Made by a program: the position numbers and the translations under genes. The notes under the pieces were generated by a model. That model did no database searches. It saw only the letters and a list, made by a program, of their open reading frames with translations, and was not told the DNA's origin. Below, piece by piece: positions 8,947 to 17,057 of a stretch of 64,000 bases of DNA. Every line of letters begins with the position of its first letter. Positions within the stretch are counted from its first letter, which is position 1. Location: positions 240,642 through 304,641 of the IMG/VR virus record IMGVR_UViG_3300012943_000028, one strand, 5' to 3'. This DNA comes from a virus. Its lineage: Duplodnaviria > Heunggongvirae > Uroviricota > Caudoviricetes.

Positions 8947-9613
8947 CTTTCGGTACCTCAACGTATCCCACCTCGACACCAGGTATCGATGCATCGCAGA
9001 CGACTTGATCGGTTTCTTTCTTCAGTTCATCGAGCAGACCGAGATCGACCATGCGCTTGCACGAGTTGCAGCGACGGCACGACCAACCGTGCTCCATCGT
9101 TTCATGCGACTCGCACCACGTGACATGGTCACGCAGCTTCGAAGGCAGCCAGCTGTGGACGTGCTGCTTCGGAGATTTCGAAAGTGGGAAGGTTACCTCC
9201 CACTTTGGGTTGACGAGGAGCCCCTTGAAGCCGTCGAACATCGCCTTGATCTCATTGAGGTACGAGATGGCGCAGTCGTTCATGACGTAGCCGATGGCGA
9301 TCTCGGTGATCCCGTCTGGAAGAACGTGCATCACGACGGGCCAGAGGATGGCCTGCTGGAGGGCGACGTGGTTGCCTGAGGTCTTGACGTCGACCTTGAC
9401 GACGGTGCCCATGTAGTTGAAGAGGTCGCCGAACTCTGCCTTCAAGAGCGGCACGAGTCTCTCGATGGCTTCCTGCTCACGCTTCGACTGCACCTCGTTG
9501 TTCATGATCTCAACGTAGCCAGCTGAGACCTTGTACCCTTCAGAGAGGCGACAGTAGATGAGGTAGGTCGAGTCGAGACCACCGCTCCACAGCGTGAACG
9601 TATGCGACTTCAC
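8906..9613 (-). CDS. queC: 7-cyano-7-deazaguanine synthase QueC (PP-loop ATPase)
   Basis: N-terminal SGGLDS PP-loop motif and a C-terminal Cys cluster (CRRCNSC) typical of the QueC zinc site; ~235 aa. Confidence 0.8.
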   Translation of the reverse strand: MKSHTFTLWSGGLDSTYLIYCRLSEGYKVSAGYVEIMNNEVQSKREQEAIERLVPLLKAEFGDLFNYMGTVVKVDVKTSGNHVALQQAILWPVVMHVLPDGITEIAIGYVMNDCAISYLNEIKAMFDGFKGLLVNPKWEVTFPLSKSPKQHVHSWLPSKLRDHVTWCESHETMEHGWSCRRCNSCKRMVDLGLLDELKKETDQVVCDASIPGVEVGYVEVPKDEVKERAEIPASA

Positions 9614-9825
9614 CTGAGCTCCACAAAGATTTCGTGCTTGAGTTCCTGGTCCTCGTAGATGTGGTACTCGTGGAGGATGCGGGTCACCTTCAGCATCAGC
9701 GGTCGCTCGCAGTCGTGGATGGTGACCATCTCGCCGATGCGTGGTACGACAGGCTCACGAGTCGTGTAGAGGATCGTGAGCTGCTTCTTGTAGTTTCTGT
9801 CGGTGAAATGAACTTCGACCTTCAT
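9610..9825 (-). CDS. hypothetical protein (~71 aa)
   Basis: ORF 9610..9864 trimmed to the internal Met (MKVEVHF) forming an ATGA overlap with the upstream gene. Confidence 0.4.
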   Translation of the reverse strand: MKVEVHFTDRNYKKQLTILYTTREPVVPRIGEMVTIHDCERPLMLKVTRILHEYHIYEDQELKHEIFVELR

Positions 9826-9974
9826 GCTGGCTCCATGAGAACTTGAACGAGACGCTGCCAACACTTCAGGCAGACGTGGTACTTCTTCACGTCCTGTCCG
9901 TCTGGTGGCGAGAAGACAAGGGCACCAGGAGTGTTTAGCTCCTGCTCACAGCGATCACACTTAACGGCGATCAT
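9822..9974 (-). CDS. small zinc-ribbon protein (~50 aa)
   Basis: Internal start MIAVKCDRCEQ...CLKCW has a CxxC...CxxC pattern. The long N-terminal extension in the ORF track has an abnormal composition and overlaps the next gene. Confidence 0.35.
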   Translation of the reverse strand: MIAVKCDRCEQELNTPGALVFSPPDGQDVKKYHVCLKCWQRLVQVLMEPA

Positions 9975-10177
9975 CGACGGTGAAAGCGGATCGCCCGTGA
10001 GATGGCGATAGGGAAGATGATGAGCGACAGGACGATGGTGATCCACATGCAGATGGCCGACTTGTCCATGAAGTTGAGGGCAAAAATCCAGATCGCCATC
10101 GGTGTGATGAAGTAGTAGAACCGTCGTGGGTTCTGGAGACTGTCGTACCAGTTGTTGAAGCGAGTGAAGATGTTCAT
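9971..10177 (-). CDS. small membrane protein
   Basis: 68 aa with two hydrophobic helices. Confidence 0.4.
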   Translation of the reverse strand: MNIFTRFNNWYDSLQNPRRFYYFITPMAIWIFALNFMDKSAICMWITIVLSLIIFPIAISRAIRFHRR

Positions 10178-10638
10178 TTGAGGATGTTCTCCGTCTGAAG
10201 CACACGCCGCATCTTCATGAGGCGTGAGCAGAACTCATTGCGTGTCAGCACCGTCTCTGACTGCTTTGTGCGGCCGATGGAGTGCTTGAGCACGGCATTG
10301 GCCGTATGGAGCAGCGCATTACGAAAGCCTTCGTTCTGATCGCACATGGCCTGATAGGCTCTGTCGAGGAGCTCCTGGTACTCGAGCCCCTTGCGCGCGT
10401 ACTCGACACCCTTCCAGTGGAGGGTCTGGCGTTCCTGCCAGTTCTTGTGCTTGCCCTTACGCTTGGCCATTACACCGACTAGCTTGCACACCTCCACCTG
10501 CATGTGCTCTTCCTTGAACTTGAAGGCCTGCAGCAGGCCTTCCATGGAGTTACACTGCACACCGTCGAACGTGAACGGGTGTGGGGCAAAGTTGGAGAGG
10601 GCGTTTGCTGGGTAGCCGCTGCCCGACTTGATGTCCAT
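10174..10638 (-). CDS. NADAR-domain protein (YbiA-like N-glycosidase family)
   Basis: LSNFAPHPFTFDGVQCNSMEGLLQAFKF matches the NADAR signature (SNF..PF..G..Y.S.E..fQA.Kf). Confidence 0.7.
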   Translation of the reverse strand: MDIKSGSGYPANALSNFAPHPFTFDGVQCNSMEGLLQAFKFKEEHMQVEVCKLVGVMAKRKGKHKNWQERQTLHWKGVEYARKGLEYQELLDRAYQAMCDQNEGFRNALLHTANAVLKHSIGRTKQSETVLTRNEFCSRLMKMRRVLQTENILK

Positions 10639-10949
10639 CAGCTGAAGTCCCCATGGTCATTGCACATCCAGCAATCGCACGTGACACCTTTGATCTGTCC
10701 AACGATGGAGCCACCCGGCCGGCGGTACCGAACACAGTCCGCCGGCGGGTGCTTTGCGGAGAATGGTGACAGCGGCTGGCGGAACACCTCACGGTTGCCA
10801 GAGTCCCTAACCACAGCGTCATGGCCGTGGCCGTCAGCGCTGTCCTCATAGCTGACGTTAAGCCTGAGGCCGGTGCCGAGACCTACGTCGATTTTATCAC
10901 CATGGGAGAGCTCAATGAGTGGGAGGATGAGCCGCATAGGGTTTCTCAA
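10638..10949 (-). CDS. possible 6-carboxy-tetrahydropterin synthase (QueD-like), weakly supported
   Basis: ~100 aa with H...DGHGH and a C-terminal TCDC, resembling the QueD Cys/His-Gly-His zinc motif; located 3 genes from queC. Confidence 0.4.
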   Translation of the reverse strand: MRNPMRLILPLIELSHGDKIDVGLGTGLRLNVSYEDSADGHGHDAVVRDSGNREVFRQPLSPFSAKHPPADCVRYRRPGGSIVGQIKGVTCDCWMCNDHGDFS

Positions 10950-11015
10950 TGGATTTCAAGGTCAGAGACGATAAATACTACACTGACCGTGCTGTAATGA
11001 AAACTGGAGCCGCAC

Positions 11016-12605
11016 ATGTACATCGTACAATGGACTAGCAAGGACCTAGAGTCAATCCCTGGAAAGGAGGATGTCTCTATCGCTGATGGTGCCCTTGACA
11101 CATCAACAACATCGCTCGTCCTGACCGGAAGCTTCCCACAGGATAACTTCCTGCGCCTCCTTGAGAACTTTGCATCAGCAAATGAACCAGCAAACCCAAC
11201 CATCGGCCAAATCTGGTTCGACTATGACAACAACCAGCTCAAGGTCTATGACGCAACGCAGTCATGGGCTGCCATTGGTGGAGGAGGCGGTGGTAGCGTG
11301 AACTCGGTTGCCGTTGCATCGTCAACGATCTCGGTCTCTGGCTCGCCAATTACGTCAAGCGGCACGATCACAATCAACCTTCCAGCTTCTGGCGTTACCG
11401 CTGGCTCGTACACCCTTTCGAACATCACGGTAGACGCATATGGTCGCATCACCGCTGCAAGCAACGGTTCTGCTGGATCAGGTACGGTCACGTCGGTCGG
11501 CGTCTCTGGCAACAACGGCATCAGCGTATCTGGCTCGCCAGTTACCTCAAGCGGTACGATCACTATCGGCCTTGGTGCCATCACTCCAACTTCTGTCGCA
11601 GCATCAGGTGCCGTTACCGGCAGCAACCTTTCTGGTACGCACAGTGGCTCATCATCAGGCACCAACACTGGTGACCAGACCATCACGCTTACTGGTGACG
11701 TAACCGGTTCAGGCACTGGCTCGTTTGCTACAACACTTGCCACGGTCAACGCTAACGTTGGCTCATTCACGAACGCCAACATCACCGTCGACGCCAAGGG
11801 CCGCATCACCGCAGCCGCCAACGGCTCGTCAGGTACTAGCTTCCCACTGCTTGCCCCAGATGGATCAGCCGCTGCACCATCGTACGCATTCGCTTCACAG
11901 ACCGGCATGGGTTGGTCGCTGCTCACGAGCTCAGCAATGCGCTTCTCGATCGGTGGCGTGTCGAATGGTTACTTCTCTGGTGGTGTCAACGCTGATGGTG
12001 CGCTGAACCTCAACCAGAACGGTTCGGCAACTCGCGCATACGTTAGTTGCGGTGGTGGTGGTGGCCACTCAACGCAGCTTGTCGATGACGCATCGGAAAG
12101 TCGTGGCTCCATCCGCAGCACGCGTTCAGAGCTCGCATTCGCACCAAGCTTCTCAGGCAGCACGAACGGTACGTTCATGCTCAAGGCCAACGAGGTCTAC
12201 CTCCCAACTGGCCTTGGTACGACAGCATCAGCCGCAAACGCATTCATCAACGCAAGCTCATCACCAGCTAACCAGCTGCTTCGTTCAACGTCGTCGATCC
12301 GCTACAAGCAGGACGTTGAGAACGTAACGGCTGAAGAAGCTGACGCCGTTCTTGAGCTTCAGCCTGTAACGTACTCTAGCAAGTGTGAGGCAGATGATCC
12401 AGCAAAGCGCTGGTACGGTCTCATCGCTGAAGACGTTTATGCTGTCGATCAGAAGCTCGTGCACTACATCAACATTGATGATGAGCTGGTACCAGACGGT
12501 GTTCAGTACGACCGTCTGACCGTACTGCTGCTTGACGTGGTCAAGCGCCAGAACGCAAGGATCGAAGCGCTTGAGGCAGCTGTCGCCGCCCTTCAGAATC
12601 CGTAA
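11016..12605 (+). CDS. tail fibre protein with C-terminal intramolecular chaperone (peptidase S74-like) domain
   Basis: Gly/Ser/Thr-rich repeats (VSGSP(I/V)TSSGTITI, ITVDA(Y/K)GRITAA). The C-terminal SSIRYKQDVENV...YGLIAEDV is typical of auto-cleaving chaperone domains of tail fibres and endosialidases. Confidence 0.8.
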   Translation: MYIVQWTSKDLESIPGKEDVSIADGALDTSTTSLVLTGSFPQDNFLRLLENFASANEPANPTIGQIWFDYDNNQLKVYDATQSWAAIGGGGGGSVNSVAVASSTISVSGSPITSSGTITINLPASGVTAGSYTLSNITVDAYGRITAASNGSAGSGTVTSVGVSGNNGISVSGSPVTSSGTITIGLGAITPTSVAASGAVTGSNLSGTHSGSSSGTNTGDQTITLTGDVTGSGTGSFATTLATVNANVGSFTNANITVDAKGRITAAANGSSGTSFPLLAPDGSAAAPSYAFASQTGMGWSLLTSSAMRFSIGGVSNGYFSGGVNADGALNLNQNGSATRAYVSCGGGGGHSTQLVDDASESRGSIRSTRSELAFAPSFSGSTNGTFMLKANEVYLPTGLGTTASAANAFINASSSPANQLLRSTSSIRYKQDVENVTAEEADAVLELQPVTYSSKCEADDPAKRWYGLIAEDVYAVDQKLVHYINIDDELVPDGVQYDRLTVLLLDVVKRQNARIEALEAAVAALQNP

Positions 12606-12845
12606 TTAGAGCTTCTTCGCCAGAACTGGGAAGATTGAGCGCACTGGCCAAAGGCCGATAAGCAGCAGTGCGAGCCCAACAAGGGCGATGACCATGTACC
12701 ATGGATCGCCATTCAGCTTCAACTCGAGGTAGGCTCGATAGCCGACGAGCAGCGCTGCCATCATGAAGAGAGGAATGGCTGTGTAGAAGACACCGTGAGG
12801 GTGCTTCTTCCAGTTGAACATTGTGCTGAGAGCTTCACGGATCAT
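12606..12845 (-). CDS. small membrane protein (~79 aa)
   Basis: ORF 12606..13007 trimmed to the internal Met (MIREAL...). Two hydrophobic helices. The upstream extension has an abnormal His/Arg-rich composition. Confidence 0.4.
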   Translation of the reverse strand: MIREALSTMFNWKKHPHGVFYTAIPLFMMAALLVGYRAYLELKLNGDPWYMVIALVGLALLLIGLWPVRSIFPVLAKKL

Positions 12846-12853
12846 GTCACACC

Positions 12854-13384
12854 TCACATCTGCTTGGACCACTGACGCACCACGATCTCGTACAGCTCGA
12901 GCAGCTTCGGATCGGAAAGCGTAGTGATGATCTCTGGCTTGATCCTCTTCATTGCGGCCTTGCCCTTCTTTGTGGTCGTGCTGCCGCCCATTTCCTTGTG
13001 GAGCCACTCTTTCACGCTGCTCCAGCGGTGCCCATCAGAGAAGCCGTGTACAGTCATGAAGTAGATGGCACGCTGCTCGATGGCAGAGCGGAACGAGAAA
13101 CCTTCGATGCGCCTCGGTGCCTTCGGCTCCACGTTGAGCTGATTGCAGACGAACTCTACAGCATCGCCGACGGTGCGCATGTTTTCACCGTCATCATCGG
13201 AGATGTTGAAGTCAAAGGCCTCCTCCAGCGCCATCACCAGCTCAACGGTGTCGAGCGAGTCGGTGCCAAGGTCGGCAACGAACTGGGTGTCGAGGGAGAG
13301 GAGGTGAACTTCAGTGTTGAACTCCTCAGCGACGATCTTCTTGATCGTGCTCTCGATCTCCTCGTACGAGTAGTACGTCTTCAC
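12854..13384 (-). CDS. acyl-carrier-protein domain protein (ACP fused to a C-terminal domain of unknown function)
   Basis: LGTDSLDTVELVMALEEAFDF is the canonical ACP phosphopantetheine-attachment motif (DSL). The C-terminal ~95 aa have no recognizable family. Confidence 0.75.
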   Translation of the reverse strand: MKTYYSYEEIESTIKKIVAEEFNTEVHLLSLDTQFVADLGTDSLDTVELVMALEEAFDFNISDDDGENMRTVGDAVEFVCNQLNVEPKAPRRIEGFSFRSAIEQRAIYFMTVHGFSDGHRWSSVKEWLHKEMGGSTTTKKGKAAMKRIKPEIITTLSDPKLLELYEIVVRQWSKQM

Positions 13385-13833
13385 TTCTGCTCCTTCGAGA
13401 GAGCGACCAGCTCCATGTAGAAGTGGAAGTAGCGGGCCATGCGGGCGATGTCCTTGTCGGCGACGCCACGCAGGCGTCGGATGTCAGTATTGTGCCGCAG
13501 ATCGCAGAGCTTCACGCGCACTGAGTCGGGGTTGCTCTTGACCTTCAGCTTGTACTCGTCGTACGTTTCGCCAGGCAGCTTCGTCAGGCACTTGATGCCC
13601 TCGATGACACGGTCTGTCATGCCCGCGTTCTTCAGGTCCTGGTACGTGGTGTCAGTGTCCTCGATGAGGTCGTGGCCGAGGGCGATACACAGCAGCTCCT
13701 CGTCTTCCGAGTTCAGGAGGTTCATCACCGCCAGCGGGTGCAGAATGTAAGGGTGTCCACCCTTGTCAAACTGGCCCGCGTGTTTGTTGGTCGCAATGAC
13801 CAACATTGCATTCAGCATTTCGCCCTTGTTCAT
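13381..13833 (-). CDS. HD-domain phosphohydrolase (RelA/SpoT-type (p)ppGpp-hydrolase-like)
   Basis: H...HPLAV...GHDLIEDT pattern of the SpoT/Mesh1 HD domain. ORF trimmed to the internal Met MNKGEML. Confidence 0.7.
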   Translation of the reverse strand: MNKGEMLNAMLVIATNKHAGQFDKGGHPYILHPLAVMNLLNSEDEELLCIALGHDLIEDTDTTYQDLKNAGMTDRVIEGIKCLTKLPGETYDEYKLKVKSNPDSVRVKLCDLRHNTDIRRLRGVADKDIARMARYFHFYMELVALSKEQK

Positions 13834-14369
13834 GATGCCTTCTTCTGTTCGTCCATGTACGCCCAGCTGGACGCGAGGTAGTCGTGGATGCGGGCCATGA
13901 ACTCCTTGTCGAAGGAGAACATGGTATGGTTGTCGATGTCCCACCAGAAGTCCGGCTTCCACAGCTCACGTTCGGCCTTCTGTTTCTCCCACACCTTCTT
14001 CTGCTGTGGGGTCTTGACGTAGTCAGGCATCGTCTCGTAGCGATCTTCCGGAGCAAACTTGCTCCACTCCTTCAGGCGCACCTTGTCGGCACGGAGATCG
14101 ATGAGCAGCGAGTTGTACTCGACAAACTGCTTGTCGTCGAGGAAGGAGAGGACACGCAGTGAGCGGTCCTGGTTGTCCTTGATGTGGTTGAGGGTGCGCA
14201 GCTTGATCAGCGCATCGCACGCCTGTAGGGCACGCAGCGACTTTGGCAGGGCGCCGAACTCGAACTCGGCGGAGCCCATGTAGTCGAGGTTGACAGCGCT
14301 GCCGATGCGCTCATTGGACTCGGCAAGCGGGCGACGAATCTTCGCACGTTGGATCAGCCACATCTTCAT
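13830..14369 (-). CDS. hypothetical protein
   Basis: 179-aa ORF downstream of promoter copy 3. Confidence 0.5.
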   Translation of the reverse strand: MKMWLIQRAKIRRPLAESNERIGSAVNLDYMGSAEFEFGALPKSLRALQACDALIKLRTLNHIKDNQDRSLRVLSFLDDKQFVEYNSLLIDLRADKVRLKEWSKFAPEDRYETMPDYVKTPQQKKVWEKQKAERELWKPDFWWDIDNHTMFSFDKEFMARIHDYLASSWAYMDEQKKAS

Positions 14370-14402
14370 AGGTCAGCTTCCTCGGACAACCTTGGTAGAA
14401 CC

Positions 14403-14452
14403 ATTGTAAGCTCCTGCAATCAACCTGTACACAGTCTCATTATGTAAAATGG
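14403..14452 (-). promoter_or_regulatory. conserved phage promoter motif copy 3 (in a divergent intergenic region)
   Basis: Minus strand reads CCATTTTACATAATG-N5-CTGTGTAC-N18-TACAAT, then a GAGGAAG ribosome-binding site and the ATG at 14369. Confidence 0.5.
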
Positions 14453-14510
14453 AACAGCACTACGTAAATACCTGATTAGAGATTTCACCAGCGAGCTTGA
14501 GTGATACGAT

Positions 14511-15095
14511 ATGAAGGTGCTTGAACTCCTTGAGCAGCACGAACCTGCGGGCCTTTCGTCCGTAGAGTTCTCAGCGCTCTCACCGCCATCGGCCAAGAAC
14601 ATCGACGACCGTTACAAGGTGGGTGATGTTGCCTTTGACAGCAAGGTTGGTATTGGTGCTGTGCCGCACAACCAGGATGTCAAGTACTTTGGTTTTGCGC
14701 TCGAGCTAACCCCGTCAGACTTCCTTCATCTTGCGGCTACAGGTGATCGCACCGAAACTGCAAAGCAGATTGAAAGGCTGATTGTCAAGAAGGTGCCAGT
14801 TGGGCCACCGCTGCTCAAGCTGAACGTGAACCTAGAGGACAAGGCTGGCAAGCCGTTTGCCGCTGTCGCTACTCACGAAGGCAGGGCCAGAATGGAGGCA
14901 CTTCAGCGCCTTGGAATGGGTGACGTAAAGTTCCCAGTCCACGTGGTCATGAATGGTGGAGTACGTGCGCATAGCCTCGACGAAAAGTTCTTTGAGAGAC
15001 TTCGTGATGAGGGCATCGTACCAGAAGACTTTGATTCCCTCGGTCCACACGAAGCTAACGTTGGTAGAATCTTCTGGAGAGGAAGAGAGCTGTAA
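14511..15095 (+). CDS. hypothetical protein
   Basis: 194-aa plus-strand ORF starting after the divergent intergenic region. Confidence 0.5.
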   Translation: MKVLELLEQHEPAGLSSVEFSALSPPSAKNIDDRYKVGDVAFDSKVGIGAVPHNQDVKYFGFALELTPSDFLHLAATGDRTETAKQIERLIVKKVPVGPPLLKLNVNLEDKAGKPFAAVATHEGRARMEALQRLGMGDVKFPVHVVMNGGVRAHSLDEKFFERLRDEGIVPEDFDSLGPHEANVGRIFWRGREL

Positions 15096-15721
15096 TGAAA
15101 CTTCATGAGGTTGCTGGTGCAAGCAAGCGCAGCGGAACGCTGTACGTGTTTGACATCGATGATACGCTGTTCCGCACTACGGCGCAGGTACGTGTCATCA
15201 AAGATGGTGAGCCACCAAAAACTCTAACCAGCCAGGAATTCAATGACTACAAGCTCAAACCTGGTGAACGCTTCGACTACGGTGAGTTCGTTGACGCAGA
15301 GAAGTTCAACACAGAGAGCAAGCCGATCCCAAAGATGATTCAGACGCTAGTGCGAGTGCACGACAAGGTCAAGCTGAACCTTACGCCTGGCTCAAAGGTG
15401 ATCATCAGCACCGCACGTGGCATCCTTGACGATCAAGACACCTTCGACGACACGTTCAGGTATCACGGCATCGACATCGACAACATTGAGGCCAACCACG
15501 CCGAGCATGGTAAGGGGTCGTCGCCGGCAGAACGCAAGAACTCTGTTGCTCGACGCTACCTCAGCGCACATGATTACGATGCGTGCTACATGTACGACGA
15601 CAGCAAGACCAACCTTACGTACTTTCTACAGCTGAAGCACGAATTTCCTGAGGTAGATTTCAGGGCCTTCATCATTAATGATGAAGGCGAGATGCATCAG
15701 TTTACCGCTGAAGCTCGCTGA
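15095..15721 (+). CDS. HAD-superfamily hydrolase (phosphatase)
   Basis: YVFDIDDTLF matches HAD motif I (DxDxT). Confidence 0.65.
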   Translation: MKLHEVAGASKRSGTLYVFDIDDTLFRTTAQVRVIKDGEPPKTLTSQEFNDYKLKPGERFDYGEFVDAEKFNTESKPIPKMIQTLVRVHDKVKLNLTPGSKVIISTARGILDDQDTFDDTFRYHGIDIDNIEANHAEHGKGSSPAERKNSVARRYLSAHDYDACYMYDDSKTNLTYFLQLKHEFPEVDFRAFIINDEGEMHQFTAEAR

Positions 15722-16505
15722 GCAACGGTTCAACCTTCTGCCAAAACGCATCGGCCACCTGAGAGTGGAACTCTGGGCCACGATGGTGGCCATCTCTTGC
15801 GCACGTTTCCTTGTGGTGTTTTGGAAAATCTACCCACTCTATCTGAGGAAATTTTTCCTTCAACACTTCCATGTTGTCAACGGCCGTTGAAAGCGTCTTT
15901 GCTCCCCACAGCTCACACACGGTGCTCATCAACCGCATGCTTCTGATGGATTGGTTGGTGAAGAAGTACCGATCAGTAAAGACTGGCATGAGTGTCTCGT
16001 TGATCACGGCCGGGTAGTTTGATAGATCATTCGGTGAGAAGTGAAATTCTCTGCTTGCCTTGAATGAGAAGTCTCTCCAGAAGAAGGCAGGAAGCCAGCT
16101 CAGCACAAGCTTTGGGCGCATCTTAAGGTGAGTGTGAGCATAGTAGATTTCAGATGCCACTGTGTCCACAGAAGCGCCAGACACAGATAGGTTCCAGTAC
16201 GGAATCTTCTTACCTGTCGCAGCCCTGATCCTTTCAAGCAGCACGTAAGCCCACACCTTCTCAAGTGGGAGGCCTACACCTTCAGTGTGGCTGCAACCAA
16301 CGAAGATGATTGGCAGCTCAGATGGGTCGGTGAACTCATCACAGCGTAGGCCTTCACTGTTAAAGTTGTAAGTGATATCGCCTGGCTTGAATTGATTTGG
16401 ACCGTAGAAGGTCTCTTCCTTGTAGTTTTCAAGCGTGTCAAGGCTGTGCCATTCCGTGGTGCACGCTTTTTGCTTCGTGAACCAGAACAGCGGATGCACG
16501 TTCAT
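15702..16505 (-). CDS. SGNH/GDSL-like hydrolase paralog 1
   Basis: IIFVGCSHTEGVG resembles SGNH block I with Ser retained. Strong similarity to the partial plus-strand ORF at 63654-64000 (RAATGKKIP(Y/F)WN). Confidence 0.55.
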   Translation of the reverse strand: MNVHPLFWFTKQKACTTEWHSLDTLENYKEETFYGPNQFKPGDITYNFNSEGLRCDEFTDPSELPIIFVGCSHTEGVGLPLEKVWAYVLLERIRAATGKKIPYWNLSVSGASVDTVASEIYYAHTHLKMRPKLVLSWLPAFFWRDFSFKASREFHFSPNDLSNYPAVINETLMPVFTDRYFFTNQSIRSMRLMSTVCELWGAKTLSTAVDNMEVLKEKFPQIEWVDFPKHHKETCARDGHHRGPEFHSQVADAFWQKVEPLLSELQR

Positions 16506-17047
16506 TAGTAGTCTCGTGGATCGCCAGGAACGACAGCATCAAGCTTACGCTTGATTTCCTGCCAGAGGATTGGAGCGTAGCCCTGCGCATCAACGCCAAC
16601 GTCTAGGCGCCTACGTGTTGGGTCGAATGGAATCGTGTTGTGGCAGTGACCATGTAGATTGTACGAGCCACGGTGTGCCTTATGCCACGTAAGAAGTGGG
16701 TAATGGCACATCGCAACATAGGTGCCTTCGATCGTCTCATGCCAGAGGTCTGGGTAGATTTTCTCGAAGAGGTCTTGTAGCGGCTTCTGGTTACGGATCA
16801 GCTTGTCGTGGTTGCCAAGGATCAGGCGCTTCTTGCCATTCAGGCGGTGCATGATCTGCTTTGCCTCATTAACTTGGCAGAAGAACACGTCACCCAGAAT
16901 GTAGATGATGTCGTCGTACCGGACTCGTGCGTTCCAGTTCTCGATCAACCCTTCATTCATCTCCTGAGCGGAGGCATACGGTCGATCGCAGTATTTGATG
17001 ATGTTTTCGTGTCCGAAATGAAGGTCGGACGTAAAGTAGATGTTCAT
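16505..17047 (-). CDS. calcineurin-like metallophosphoesterase
   Basis: MNIYFTSDLHFGH...GDVF...GNHD metallophosphatase motifs. ORF trimmed to the internal Met. Confidence 0.7.
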   Translation of the reverse strand: MNIYFTSDLHFGHENIIKYCDRPYASAQEMNEGLIENWNARVRYDDIIYILGDVFFCQVNEAKQIMHRLNGKKRLILGNHDKLIRNQKPLQDLFEKIYPDLWHETIEGTYVAMCHYPLLTWHKAHRGSYNLHGHCHNTIPFDPTRRRLDVGVDAQGYAPILWQEIKRKLDAVVPGDPRDY

Positions 17048-17057
17048 ACGCAGGTAT

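Noticed and set aside
10638-10949. Confident annotation of this ORF as QueD
   Set aside because: Only the HGH motif, its spacing and a terminal Cys pair support it. The rest of the PTPS fold cannot be verified by eye, so it is kept as a low-confidence call.
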